DNA from: Escherichia phage ECP2301
Sequence record: OR880646.1
Reading direction: 5' to 3' (one strand)
DNA length: 64,000 bases
Below are positions 9,881 through 20,145 of the stretch, in pieces. The translations under genes and the position numbers were made by a program. Position 1 is the stretch's first letter, and every line of letters starts with the position of its first letter. The notes under the pieces are model-generated. The model was not told the DNA's origin. It saw only the letters and a program-made list of their open reading frames with translations, and made no database searches.

Positions 9881-11055
9881 TGAGTATGTTGCAACGCCCT
9901 GGATATCCAAATCTCAGCGTTAAATTATTTGATAGCTACGACGCTTGGAGTAATAATAGATTTGTTGAATTAGCTGCTACTATTACCACATTAACTATGC
10001 GGGATTCTCTTTATGGCCGAAATGAAGGAATGTTGCAGTTTTATGATTCTAAAAATATCCATACAAAAATGGATGGAAATGAAATAATTCAGATTTCTGT
10101 AGCTAATGCAAACGATATTAATAATGTTAAAACACGAATTTATGGATGTAAGCATTTTTCCGTGTCAGTAGATTCAAAGGGTGATAACATCATTGCTATT
10201 GAATTGGGAACTATTCATTCTATAGAAAATCTTAAATTTGGCAGACCGTTTTTCTCTGATGCAGGTGAATCTATAAAGGAAATGCTTGGTGTCATTTATC
10301 AGGATCGCACGTTATTAACTCCAGCAATAAATGCTATAAATGCTTATGTTCCTGATATTCCATGGACTAGCACATTTGAAAACTATTTGTCGTATGTCAG
10401 AGAAGTTGCTCTAGCTGTAGGAAGTGACAAATTTGTATTTGTGTGGCAAGACATCATGGGAGTTAACATGATGGACTATGATATGATGATAAATCAAGAA
10501 CCGTATCCAATGATTGTCGGTGAGCCATCTTTAATAGGTCAATTCATCCAAGAATTAAAATATCCATTAGCATATGATTTCGTTTGGTTGACTAAATCGA
10601 ATCCTCATAAACGCGACCCAATGAAAAATGCTACTATTTATGCTCATTCATTTTTAGATTCTTCATTGCCAATGATTACTACAGGAAAGGGCGAAAACTC
10701 TATTGTAGTATCAAGGTCAGGTGCTTATTCTGAAATGACTTATAGGAATGGCTATGAAGAAGCTATTCGTCTTCAAACTATGGCGCAATATGACGGCTAT
10801 GCTAAATGTTCTACTGTCGGTAATTTTAACTTGACTCCTGGCGTTAAAATTATTTTTAATGATAGTAAAAACCAATTTAAAACAGAATTTTACGTTGATG
10901 AAGTTATCCATGAATTATCCAATAATAATTCAGTAACTCATCTATATATGTTCACTAATGCAACGAAACTGGAAACAATAGACCCAGTTAAGGTTAAAAA
11001 TGAATTTAAATCTGATACTACCACTGAAGAAAGTAGTTCTTCCAATAAGCAATAA
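9880..11055 (+). CDS. 27: Baseplate hub subunit gp27
   Basis: 391 aa; start overlaps gp51 stop. Confidence 0.9.
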   Translation: MSMLQRPGYPNLSVKLFDSYDAWSNNRFVELAATITTLTMRDSLYGRNEGMLQFYDSKNIHTKMDGNEIIQISVANANDINNVKTRIYGCKHFSVSVDSKGDNIIAIELGTIHSIENLKFGRPFFSDAGESIKEMLGVIYQDRTLLTPAINAINAYVPDIPWTSTFENYLSYVREVALAVGSDKFVFVWQDIMGVNMMDYDMMINQEPYPMIVGEPSLIGQFIQELKYPLAYDFVWLTKSNPHKRDPMKNATIYAHSFLDSSLPMITTGKGENSIVVSRSGAYSEMTYRNGYEEAIRLQTMAQYDGYAKCSTVGNFNLTPGVKIIFNDSKNQFKTEFYVDEVIHELSNNNSVTHLYMFTNATKLETIDPVKVKNEFKSDTTTEESSSSNKQ

Positions 11056-11533
11056 AGAAGTTTCTATTCCTAAAATGGGTCTTAAACACTATAACATTTT
11101 AAAAGATGTTAAAGGTCCTGATGAAAATTTAAAACTTCTTATTGATTCTATTTGTCCGAATTTATCACCAGCAGAAGTTGATTTCGTTTCTATTCATTTA
11201 TTGGAATTTAATGGAAAGATTAAATCTTGTAAAGAAATAGATGGTTATACTTATGACATTAATGATGTTTATGTGTGCCAAAGATTAGAATTTCAATACC
11301 AAGGAAATACATTTTATTTTAGACCTCCTGGAAAATTTGAACAGTTTTTAACAGTGAGCGATATGTTATCCAAATGCTTGCTTAAGGTCAATGATGAAGT
11401 TAAAGAAATTAATTTTCTTGAGATGCCAGCATTCGTTTTAAAATGGGCAAATGATATTTTTACAACTTTAGCAATTCCTGGCCCTAATGGTCCAATAACT
11501 GGAATTGGTAATATTATTGGATTATTTGAATGA
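11000..11533 (+). CDS. 28: Baseplate hub distal subunit gp28
   Basis: 177 aa; start lies inside 3' end of gene 27 (exact start uncertain). Confidence 0.8.
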   Translation: MNLNLILPLKKVVLPISNKEVSIPKMGLKHYNILKDVKGPDENLKLLIDSICPNLSPAEVDFVSIHLLEFNGKIKSCKEIDGYTYDINDVYVCQRLEFQYQGNTFYFRPPGKFEQFLTVSDMLSKCLLKVNDEVKEINFLEMPAFVLKWANDIFTTLAIPGPNGPITGIGNIIGLFE

Positions 11534-13302
11534 AAAAGCCACAAGAAATGCAAACGATGCGTAGAAAAGTTATTTCAGATAATAAACCAACACAGGAAGC
11601 GGCTAAATCCGCTTCCAACACTTTATCTGGGCTTAACGATATATCTACGAAATTGGATGATGCTCAAGCTGCTTCTGAATTAATTGCTCAAACTGTCGAA
11701 GAAAAATCGAATGAAATAATTGGAGCAATTGACAATGTAGAAAGCGCAGTGAGTGATACTACTGCTGGTTCTGAGTTAATTGCTGAAACTGTCGAAATTG
11801 GCAACAATATTAATAAAGAAATCGGTGAATCACTCGGAAGTAAATTAGATAAATTAACGAGTTTACTAGAGCAAAAAATCCAGACATCCGGAATTCAACA
11901 AACAGGAACTAGTTTAGCTACGGTTGAAAGCGCTATTCCTGTTAAAGTCGTTGAGGATGATACAGCTGAATCTGTTGGTCCTTTATTACCAGCTCCTGAA
12001 GCAGTTAATAATGATCCTGATGCTGATTTTTTCCCTACCCCTCAGCCAGTTGAACCCAAACAAGAATCGCCAGAAGAAAAACAGAAAAAAGACGCATTTA
12101 ACTTAAAATTATCTCAAGCTTTAGATAAATTAACAAAGACTGTTGATTTCGGATTTAAGAAATCTATTTCAATTACTGATAAAATATCAAGCATGCTATT
12201 TAAGTATACTGTCAGTGCTGCTATTGAAGCTGCTAAAATGACTGCAATGATATTGGCTGTTGTTGTTGGAATAGATCTGCTGATGGTTCACTTTAAATAT
12301 TGGTCAGATAAATTTTCGCAGGTTTGGGATTTGTTTAGTTCAAACTTTACTAAATTCTCTAGCGAAACCGGAACATGGGGTCCTTTATTACAGAGCATCT
12401 TTAGTTCTATTGATGAAATTAAAAAATTCTGGGAAGAGGGAGATTGGGGCGGTTTGACAGTAGCTATTGTAGAAGGGCTTGGAAAGGTTCTTTATAATTT
12501 AGGAGAACTTATTCAGCTTGGAATGGCTAAATTATCAGCAGCAATTCTTCGAGTCATTCCTGGCATGAAGGATACTGCTGATGAAGTAGAAGGAAGAGCA
12601 CTAGAAAATTTCCAAAATTCTACTGGAGCATCTCTCAATAAAGAAGACCAGGAAAAAGTAGCAAATTATCAAGATAAACGAATGAACGGAGACCTTGGTC
12701 CGATAGCAAAAGGATTAGATAAAATTGCTAATTGGAAAACTCGTGCATCTAACTGGATTCGTGGCGTTGATAATAAAGAAGCACTAACTACCGACGAAGA
12801 ACGTGCAGCAGAAGAAGAAAAATTAAAGCAACTTTCACCAGAAGAAAGAAAAAATGCTTTAATGAAGGCTAATGAAGCTCGGGCCGCGATGATTCGTTTT
12901 GAAAAATACGCTGATTCGGCTGATATGAGTAAAGACTCAACGGTTAAATCAGTTGAAGCTGCCTATGAAGACCTTAAAAAACGAATGGATGACCCGGATT
13001 TAAATAATTCACCGGCAGTTAAAAAAGAACTTGCTGCTAGATTTTCTAAAATTGATGCTACTTATCAAGAGCTCAAGAAAAATCAGCCTAATGCCAAACC
13101 TGAAACTTCTGCTAAATCGCCAGAAGCAAAACAAGTCCAGGTAATAGAAAAGAACAAAGCACAGCAAGCTCCTGTTCAACAAGCATCTCCTTCGATCAAT
13201 AATACTAATAATGTTGTTAAGAAAAATACTGTCGTTCATAATATGACACCCGTAACGAGCACGACTGCTCCTGGTGTATTTGATGCGACTGGAGTTAATT
13301 AA
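11530..13302 (+). CDS. 29: Baseplate hub / tail-length determinator gp29
   Basis: 590 aa; T4 length; coiled-coil rich. Confidence 0.88.
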   Translation: MKKPQEMQTMRRKVISDNKPTQEAAKSASNTLSGLNDISTKLDDAQAASELIAQTVEEKSNEIIGAIDNVESAVSDTTAGSELIAETVEIGNNINKEIGESLGSKLDKLTSLLEQKIQTSGIQQTGTSLATVESAIPVKVVEDDTAESVGPLLPAPEAVNNDPDADFFPTPQPVEPKQESPEEKQKKDAFNLKLSQALDKLTKTVDFGFKKSISITDKISSMLFKYTVSAAIEAAKMTAMILAVVVGIDLLMVHFKYWSDKFSQVWDLFSSNFTKFSSETGTWGPLLQSIFSSIDEIKKFWEEGDWGGLTVAIVEGLGKVLYNLGELIQLGMAKLSAAILRVIPGMKDTADEVEGRALENFQNSTGASLNKEDQEKVANYQDKRMNGDLGPIAKGLDKIANWKTRASNWIRGVDNKEALTTDEERAAEEEKLKQLSPEERKNALMKANEARAAMIRFEKYADSADMSKDSTVKSVEAAYEDLKKRMDDPDLNNSPAVKKELAARFSKIDATYQELKKNQPNAKPETSAKSPEAKQVQVIEKNKAQQAPVQQASPSINNTNNVVKKNTVVHNMTPVTSTTAPGVFDATGVN

Positions 13303-13310
13303 GGAATAAT

Positions 13311-14405
13311 ATGGCAATTGTTAAAGAAATAACTGCTGATTTAATTAAAAAGTCCGGTGAGAAAATTTCAGCCGGACAGAGTACTAAATCAGAAGTAGCA
13401 ACTAAAACATACACTGCCCAGTTTCCAACTGGGCGTGCTAGTGGTAATGACACTACAGGGGACTTCCAGGTAACAGATCTATATAAGAATGGATTATTAT
13501 TTACTGCATACAATATGTCATCTAGGGATTCTGGAAGTCTTAGATCGATGAGATCTAACTACTCTTCTTCATCTTCGAGTATTTTAAGTACAGCTAGAAA
13601 CACTATTAGTAGTACAGTATCAAAACTATCAAATGGATTAATATCAAACAATAATTCAGGAACAATAAGTAAAGCTCCTGTTGCAAACATTCTTTTACCG
13701 AGATCTAAATCTGATGTTGATACGTCATCACATAGATTTAACGATGTTCAAGAAAGTCTTATCAGCAGAGGCGGAGGTACTGCTACTGGTGTGTTAAGTA
13801 ATATTGCTTCAACTGCAGTATTTGGGGCACTGGAAAGTATAACACAAGGCATAATGGCTGATAATAATGAACAGATTTATACTACAGCCAGAAGTATGTA
13901 TGGTGGTGCTGAGAATAGAACTAAAGTGTTTACATGGGATTTGACTCCACGTTCAACAGAAGATTTGATGGCTATTATTAATATCTATCAATATTTTAAC
14001 TATTTTTCTTATGGTGAAACGGGCAAATCTCAATATGCTGCTGAAATAAAGGGGTATTTAGATGATTGGTATCGTTCTACATTAATTGAACCTTTATCTC
14101 CGGAAGACGCAGCTAAAAATAAAACACTATTTGAGAAAATGACATCGAGTTTAACTAACGTTCTAGTAGTTTCAAACCCGACAATTTGGATGGTGAAAAA
14201 CTTTGGTGCAACGTCTAAGTTTGATGGAAAAACGGAAATATTTGGCCCATGCCAAATACAGAGCATCAGATTTGATAAAACGCCTAATGGTAACTTTAAC
14301 GGATTAGCTATTGCTCCAAACCTCCCTAGTACATTTACTCTTGAGATTACTATGAGAGAAATTATCACGTTAAACCGTGCTTCTTTATATGCGGGGACTT
14401 TTTAA
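13311..14405 (+). CDS. 48: Baseplate tail-tube cap gp48
   Basis: 364 aa; T4 length and position. Confidence 0.88.
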   Translation: MAIVKEITADLIKKSGEKISAGQSTKSEVATKTYTAQFPTGRASGNDTTGDFQVTDLYKNGLLFTAYNMSSRDSGSLRSMRSNYSSSSSSILSTARNTISSTVSKLSNGLISNNNSGTISKAPVANILLPRSKSDVDTSSHRFNDVQESLISRGGGTATGVLSNIASTAVFGALESITQGIMADNNEQIYTTARSMYGGAENRTKVFTWDLTPRSTEDLMAIINIYQYFNYFSYGETGKSQYAAEIKGYLDDWYRSTLIEPLSPEDAAKNKTLFEKMTSSLTNVLVVSNPTIWMVKNFGATSKFDGKTEIFGPCQIQSIRFDKTPNGNFNGLAIAPNLPSTFTLEITMREIITLNRASLYAGTF

Positions 14406-15370
14406 TGTATTCTTTAGAGGAATTTAATAATCAAGCAATAAACGCAGATTTCCAGCGTAATAATATGTTTAGCTGCGTTTTTGCGACAACTCCATCAACT
14501 AAAAGCTCTTCGTTGATAAGTTCAATTAGCAACTTTTCTTATAATAACTTGGGTCTAAATTCAGACTGGTTAGGATTGACTCAAGGTGATATTAATCAGG
14601 GAATTACCACGCTAATTACTGCTGGCACACAAAAACTGATAAGAAAATCAGGGGTTAGTAAATATCTTATTGGTGCCATGAGTCAACGTACAGTTCAAAG
14701 TTTATTGGGCTCATTTACAGTTGGTACATATTTAATTGACTTCTTTAATATGGCATATAACTCATCTGGGTTGATGATATACTCTGTAAAAATGCCAGAG
14801 AATAGATTATCCTATGAAACTGACTGGAACTATAACTCTCCTAATATTCGTATAACTGGGAGAGAATTAGACCCTTTGGTTATTTCATTTAGAATGGATT
14901 CAGAAGCTTGTAACTATCGTGCAATGCAAGACTGGGTTAACGCTGTTCAAGACCCAGTAACTGGATTGCGTGCTTTGCCACAAGATGTCGAGGCAGATAT
15001 TCAGGTTAATCTTCATGCTCGTAATGGATTACCTCATACTGCAGTGATGTTCACCGGATGCATTCCAGTGTCAGTGAGCGCTCCTGAGTTATCATATGAT
15101 GGAGATAACCAAATAACTACATTTGATGTTACTTTTGCGTATAGAGTCATGCAGGCTGGGTCTGTTGATAGACAAGCTGCGCTTGAGTGGCTTGAATCTG
15201 CTGCTATAAATGGCATTCAAAGCGTTCTCGGAAATAGTGGAGGTGTTACTGGATTATCTAATTCGCTTTCACGACTTAGTAGATTAGGGGGAACTGCTGG
15301 AAGCATTTCAAACATTAATACTATGACAGGAATTGTCAATTCGCAAAGTAAAATATTAGGAGCAATATAA
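14405..15370 (+). CDS. 54: Baseplate tail-tube initiator gp54
   Basis: 321 aa; overlapping start with gp48 stop. Confidence 0.88.
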   Translation: MYSLEEFNNQAINADFQRNNMFSCVFATTPSTKSSSLISSISNFSYNNLGLNSDWLGLTQGDINQGITTLITAGTQKLIRKSGVSKYLIGAMSQRTVQSLLGSFTVGTYLIDFFNMAYNSSGLMIYSVKMPENRLSYETDWNYNSPNIRITGRELDPLVISFRMDSEACNYRAMQDWVNAVQDPVTGLRALPQDVEADIQVNLHARNGLPHTAVMFTGCIPVSVSAPELSYDGDNQITTFDVTFAYRVMQAGSVDRQAALEWLESAAINGIQSVLGNSGGVTGLSNSLSRLSRLGGTAGSISNINTMTGIVNSQSKILGAI

Positions 15371-15372
15371 CA

Positions 15373-15400
15373 ATGGGGACCGAAAGGTCCCCATATTTTT
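15373..15400 (+). terminator. Intrinsic terminator after gene 54
   Basis: ggggacc-GAAA-ggtcccc hairpin followed by T-rich tract. Confidence 0.7.
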
Positions 15401-15689
15401 ATTTACGGAATGAAATGAAAGCAGCAACTGAAGCAACTAAACTGTCTTCAATATAAACTTCAATTTTTACCGGAGCTTCTGACTCAAATTTGCCTGTTAC
15501 TACACCTTGGAAAATGCTTTCAGTCTGTTCTGGCTTTGAAAAATTTTCAGAAGGAAAAATTCCGAACTTTTTATCTGTTCCAAAAATTTTGATAAATTCA
15601 TCATAAACTGCTTCATTAAAAGCGTTATCAGCAGGAATAACGCCTTCAACTACAAGTTCTTGACCTAAAAAGCGTAAAGAAGATTTCAT
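15399..15689 (-). CDS. Hypothetical protein (alt-upstream-region ORF)
   Basis: 96 aa ORF with GAGGA RBS; preceded by repeated promoter/leader cassette. Confidence 0.55.
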   Translation of the reverse strand: MKSSLRFLGQELVVEGVIPADNAFNEAVYDEFIKIFGTDKKFGIFPSENFSKPEQTESIFQGVVTGKFESEAPVKIEVYIEDSLVASVAAFISFRK

Positions 15690-15697
15690 TTTGTGTT

Positions 15698-15750
15698 CCT
15701 CATGTTATGTCAGTAAGATTACTATAACACAACACGAGGGACTTGTAAAC
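15698..15750 (-). promoter_or_regulatory. Promoter plus leader cassette, copy 1 of a 53-bp exact repeat
   Basis: Minus strand GTTTACAAGTCCCTCGTGTTGTGTTATAGTAATCTTACTGACATAACATGAGG; identical to 31676-31728. Confidence 0.6.
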
Positions 15751-17807
15751 TACATCTTGAACTTTTTAGACATTCCGTTGATGTTAACCAAAGAAGCCAA
15801 GATTTGAGAAACTTCGTTTTCCTCTTCTTTTGATTCTTCTACAAGGAATTGATTAAACCCAGCCATTGGACGAACTTCGCCAGTTTCCATTAGATGATCG
15901 CCATCATATACCGATTCTTCTAATTGTTCAGAAGGAGGAACGATTGTGCCTTCGATTAGATACTTGTTATAAGCAGTTTCTTTCATCATGTACGTGCTCA
16001 CTTTATTAATCTTCAGCAAAATTCCACGCGGTAGAATAACTTCAGCTTCTGATGGAAATCCCGATAAATGACCTGGAACGATAACTTTGATTCGCTCAGC
16101 CCCTTTAATTACCATACCTACGCTAGTTTCAGCATCTTCATTCGCATAAGCAGAATGACTGCCCATATGCATTAAATCTTCAGCATCAACAGAACCTTCT
16201 CCTTCACCAGAAAATACTGCGCCGGAATCATCTAGAGCCATATAGTTTTTACCATGCTCACCGAAGATATTTGGTTTAAGCGATGTTGATACGAAGTTCT
16301 TGAAATAGAACATTTTATTTTCAATATTATGGCGTAAAGTTTTAAAAGTAACTTCTTGTCCACGATAAAGCGTAGTTCCTGGAGGAAGAACTGAACCTTT
16401 GGCAAAGGCAGAATCCAGCGTCTCGATGTGTTTAATAGCTCGTTCCATATATTCTTCACGGGTAGAATCTGGTTTACCCAAGAGGAACGAGTTCATTTCA
16501 ACATATGAATCTGCACAATAATCTTCAATTACATCAGACTCAGCCTGAGTCAGTCCTTTTGGAGTTACTTCGGTGCTTGAGTATTCATATGCCTGAGCAG
16601 CAGATTCATTAATCAATTTATAAATGCCATTCATGACAAATTGAATAATAGCTACCTTTTCGTCTGGCGTAGCTTTAGAACCTTTAACTAAATCATTGAT
16701 AATTTTCTTAATAACATCAAAGCTATTAGAAATATTAATGTCAGCGAGATCGCTCAAAATTTTATCGGTTTTATAATCAAAAAATTCTTTATTCTTTAAA
16801 TATTCTTGAGAACCTTGATGTGTTATATCGCTCTGCAGTCTGATAGACGGATCACGTAAACGCGCATGGGCCAATGCAATATGATTTCGGAAGCTTTCTA
16901 GTTCATAATCGTTAGATTTAAAACGAGAAGCACTTCTCATACCACCGATAGCTCCTTTGCCGAAGTTTGAACCAATCTGAATAACACCAGAGTTCATTGG
17001 TCCTTCTGCTTTATATACCGGAACTTTAGATTCAAACTCTTGATATTTCTTGGCAGCGAAGCTATCACCCTGTAGCGAAGCATCGACAGTAGAATATTGA
17101 GCTTGTGCTGCTAATCGACGACTAATTTTAGTTTTCTGAATAACAGCTTGATCCGTGCGCTTATCATTTTCTAAAGCAATAGAAGCAGCAACAGCAACAG
17201 CTTTAGGAACAGCATTACCTGTTTTAACATCTACATAAACATCACCAACCTTTGATTCAACTTTTGTGAATAACTCAGTTGAAATAGGAGGTACACCTGG
17301 AATGTCTTCTAAATTGGCATTTTTACGGTAAACCATAATATATGCATACTTTTTATCATAATCCCAGATTTCCTTTAAAAGAACATATCGACCTGCTCCT
17401 TTAGTACGTACTAAACGGTCAGCAATAACTTGCATTTGACGAGCTGCGCCATTTGTTTTACTTTTTAGTACGCGGAATAAGCATGCATCAATTTTATACT
17501 GTTTCATTGTTTGAAGAGCAGTATCAAAAACGGCATTAATGACACCAATTGGATTTCCACCCAAGTTTTTAAGTTTAACTAATGATAGTTTCTCATTAAC
17601 ACCTATCATTACGATATGCATCATTTTATCGCCTGGCTTAACGTTTTTATTTGTATCACCGCCAGAGGTGTATGTACAAAATCTAAATCCAGGAAGCACG
17701 CTTTCTTCACCGGCTTGAATAGCAAAAATTTGAGGTATTTTATGCTTAGGATTTAAGTTAACAACCGGCGCCGAAGCGCCGTCAAATAATTCTGTAATAA
17801 GTTCCAT
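15750..17807 (-). CDS. Alt-like mono-ADP-ribosyltransferase, second paralogue
   Basis: 685 aa; N-terminal ~170 aa alignable by eye with Alt; R-S-ExE ART motifs (YRGQ, FVSTSL, SEAEVILPRG). Confidence 0.85.
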   Translation of the reverse strand: MELITELFDGASAPVVNLNPKHKIPQIFAIQAGEESVLPGFRFCTYTSGGDTNKNVKPGDKMMHIVMIGVNEKLSLVKLKNLGGNPIGVINAVFDTALQTMKQYKIDACLFRVLKSKTNGAARQMQVIADRLVRTKGAGRYVLLKEIWDYDKKYAYIMVYRKNANLEDIPGVPPISTELFTKVESKVGDVYVDVKTGNAVPKAVAVAASIALENDKRTDQAVIQKTKISRRLAAQAQYSTVDASLQGDSFAAKKYQEFESKVPVYKAEGPMNSGVIQIGSNFGKGAIGGMRSASRFKSNDYELESFRNHIALAHARLRDPSIRLQSDITHQGSQEYLKNKEFFDYKTDKILSDLADINISNSFDVIKKIINDLVKGSKATPDEKVAIIQFVMNGIYKLINESAAQAYEYSSTEVTPKGLTQAESDVIEDYCADSYVEMNSFLLGKPDSTREEYMERAIKHIETLDSAFAKGSVLPPGTTLYRGQEVTFKTLRHNIENKMFYFKNFVSTSLKPNIFGEHGKNYMALDDSGAVFSGEGEGSVDAEDLMHMGSHSAYANEDAETSVGMVIKGAERIKVIVPGHLSGFPSEAEVILPRGILLKINKVSTYMMKETAYNKYLIEGTIVPPSEQLEESVYDGDHLMETGEVRPMAGFNQFLVEESKEEENEVSQILASLVNINGMSKKFKM

Positions 17808-17810
17808 GAT

Positions 17811-19907
17811 TTATCCTTGAACGAACTTGTAAGGCATGTTTGTAATATCTATGCAAGACGCAATAATTCTAAGAGATGATTCTACTTTTTGTTTAACATT
17901 TGATGAAACAAATGATGCAAAATCAACTCTGTCTTCTATTTCAATATCACCTGTCATTGCAACTACTTCACCAGTTTCCATTAGACGGTCACCGTCATAA
18001 ATTACTGATTCGGTGAGTTCTTCCGTAGTCATAACTTCAGCTTGAATGAGTTTTGTATTATTAGATGTTGTTCCATCATTATTAGAAGCATCAGTTATTT
18101 TATTAACTTTGACCATCAATCCGCGTGGTAGAATAACTTCAGCTTCTGTTGCTATTCCGAGACTTCCTGGATATACAACATTAACTTTATGAGCTCCATC
18201 AATTGCCCATCCTATTTGAACTTTAACGTATTCAGGATTTTCTTTATACGCTCTTATTTCGTTTGGATTAATAGTTATTCCTTCTTCATTTTTATCAACT
18301 GTCAATTCATTACGAGCTTCTGGTTCTAAAAGACCAATACCAGCATGTGTAATTCCAAAACGTCCAAAAATGATAGGAGTTAAAGAAGTAGATACAAAAT
18401 TTCTGAAATAGAACACTTTATTTTTAACTAGTGCTTCGTATATAGGAGCAGTCATACTTTGAGCACGATAAACTGTAATGCCTTCTGGTATACGGTCACC
18501 ATTTTCAAAAGCTGAATCTAAGTTATTTATAGCAGATTCAATTTCTTTTTCACTCATTACATCATATCGTTCTGGATTGTAGCGTCCTAAAAGAAGATTA
18601 TTGATGTCAGTATATCCTGAACCACAATACTCTCTAATGCCGCGCTTTTGTGATGGAGTATATTTAGAACCATCGCGAGCAATAGTAATATCAATCATTG
18701 GACCTGCACCAATTCCAGAAAAACTATAAATCATTCGTTTGAGGAATTTAGTTTTTGCTGCGTTCCAGGAATTTTTAGTTATTTCTTCCCAGACTTCATC
18801 TGGCTGTCCTTTACGTGTTTTATTATGTTTATCAAGCCAATTATCTTTATATTCTTCAAAGAGTTGATTAACGGCTGCTGCGTATTTCTCTAAACATTTT
18901 ATTGAAGTAGTTGGTTCATTTTTAATCGCATTAAGAATTACATCTTTTATCTTTTCAGAAACTTCATTAACCTCACTTTTTGAAAAGAATTTATAATCAT
19001 AGTGAAGTTCATCTGCAGTTCCTTCGGCAATGATTTTTGCTGCCTTAGTTTTAGAAGCTATTGAATTAATTCCAAGTTTCATTTCTTCTGCTTCGGGAAT
19101 TAAAGGAGCGGTAGCAGGTTTATTGAAATTAGCTGCGGTAGATTCATACTTCTGGAATAATTCACTTTCAAATCTAGAAGATTCTAATGATTGACTTTGT
19201 GCAATTGCTCTACGGGAAATTTTAACTTTAACGATTACAGCTTGATCAGAACGTTTATCGTTTTCTTGCGCAATAGATGCAGCAATTGCCTCATTTTTAG
19301 TTACTTGAGCTCCGGTATCTTTATTGATATAAACATCACCGACCTTCGATTCAACTTTAGTAAAGAGCTCGGTACTAATTTCAGGAACTCCTGGAATGTC
19401 TTCTAATGATACATTTTTGCGATGTATAAGAATATATGCGTACTTTTTATCGTAATCCCAGAGTTCCTTAAGAAGGACGTATCTGCCACCTGAACGACTA
19501 CGGATAAGTCTATCAGCAATAAGTTGAATTTGTCGAGCTTGACCAGCAGTTTTAGACTTAAGAATACGGAGCATACAGGCATCAATTTTATACTGACGCA
19601 TTGTTTGCATCGCAACAGTAAAAACTGAATTGATGTAATTAATTGGGCTTGGACCGAGACCTTTTAATTTAGCGATTGAACCTTTAGCAGTTAATGTAAA
19701 AGGAACAATATGCATCATTTTATCGCCCATCTTTAAATCGCGATTAGTATCACCTCCAGATGTATAGGTACATAAACGAAAGCCTGGTTGTTCAATTGCG
19801 TCATCAACATGAACTGAAAAAATTTGCGGTATTTTCTTCTTTGGATTTAAGTTTGTAATCGGAAGAGTAGTATCTTCGTCAAATAATTCTGTAATGAGTT
19901 CCATCAT
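17811..19907 (-). CDS. alt: Alt ADP-ribosyltransferase (virion-packaged, modifies host RNA polymerase)
   Basis: 698 aa; N-terminus MMELITELFDEDTTLPITNLNPKKKIPQIF matches my recollection of T4 Alt; R-S-ExE motifs (YRAQ, FVSTSL, TEAEVILPRG). Confidence 0.9.
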   Translation of the reverse strand: MMELITELFDEDTTLPITNLNPKKKIPQIFSVHVDDAIEQPGFRLCTYTSGGDTNRDLKMGDKMMHIVPFTLTAKGSIAKLKGLGPSPINYINSVFTVAMQTMRQYKIDACMLRILKSKTAGQARQIQLIADRLIRSRSGGRYVLLKELWDYDKKYAYILIHRKNVSLEDIPGVPEISTELFTKVESKVGDVYINKDTGAQVTKNEAIAASIAQENDKRSDQAVIVKVKISRRAIAQSQSLESSRFESELFQKYESTAANFNKPATAPLIPEAEEMKLGINSIASKTKAAKIIAEGTADELHYDYKFFSKSEVNEVSEKIKDVILNAIKNEPTTSIKCLEKYAAAVNQLFEEYKDNWLDKHNKTRKGQPDEVWEEITKNSWNAAKTKFLKRMIYSFSGIGAGPMIDITIARDGSKYTPSQKRGIREYCGSGYTDINNLLLGRYNPERYDVMSEKEIESAINNLDSAFENGDRIPEGITVYRAQSMTAPIYEALVKNKVFYFRNFVSTSLTPIIFGRFGITHAGIGLLEPEARNELTVDKNEEGITINPNEIRAYKENPEYVKVQIGWAIDGAHKVNVVYPGSLGIATEAEVILPRGLMVKVNKITDASNNDGTTSNNTKLIQAEVMTTEELTESVIYDGDRLMETGEVVAMTGDIEIEDRVDFASFVSSNVKQKVESSLRIIASCIDITNMPYKFVQG

Positions 19908-19927
19908 ATCCTCTCTAGTGTTTATTC

Positions 19928-19935
19928 TATTTATA
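19928..19935 (-). promoter_or_regulatory. Late promoter upstream of alt
   Basis: Minus strand TATAAATA about 20 nt upstream of alt start; consistent with late expression of a packaged protein. Confidence 0.6.
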
Positions 19936-19956
19936 AAATTAAAGGCCCGAAGGCCT

Positions 19957-20145
19957 TTAATAATCTATTGGTAAGAGAGTACGGTATATTTCAAACTTTG
20001 GACCTTTTTCATAGGCATCAAATGTTTCTGTGAATTTATTATAAGCATATGCATCTATAAATTCAATCATAATTTGTGATACAGAAGTAGAAACATCTCC
20101 ACCTTCTTTTTGAGCCACGACAATTGTTTCTAAGTAAGCTTTCAT
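19957..20145 (-). CDS. Hypothetical protein
   Basis: 62 aa ORF between ligase and alt. Confidence 0.5.
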   Translation of the reverse strand: MKAYLETIVVAQKEGGDVSTSVSQIMIEFIDAYAYNKFTETFDAYEKGPKFEIYRTLLPIDY

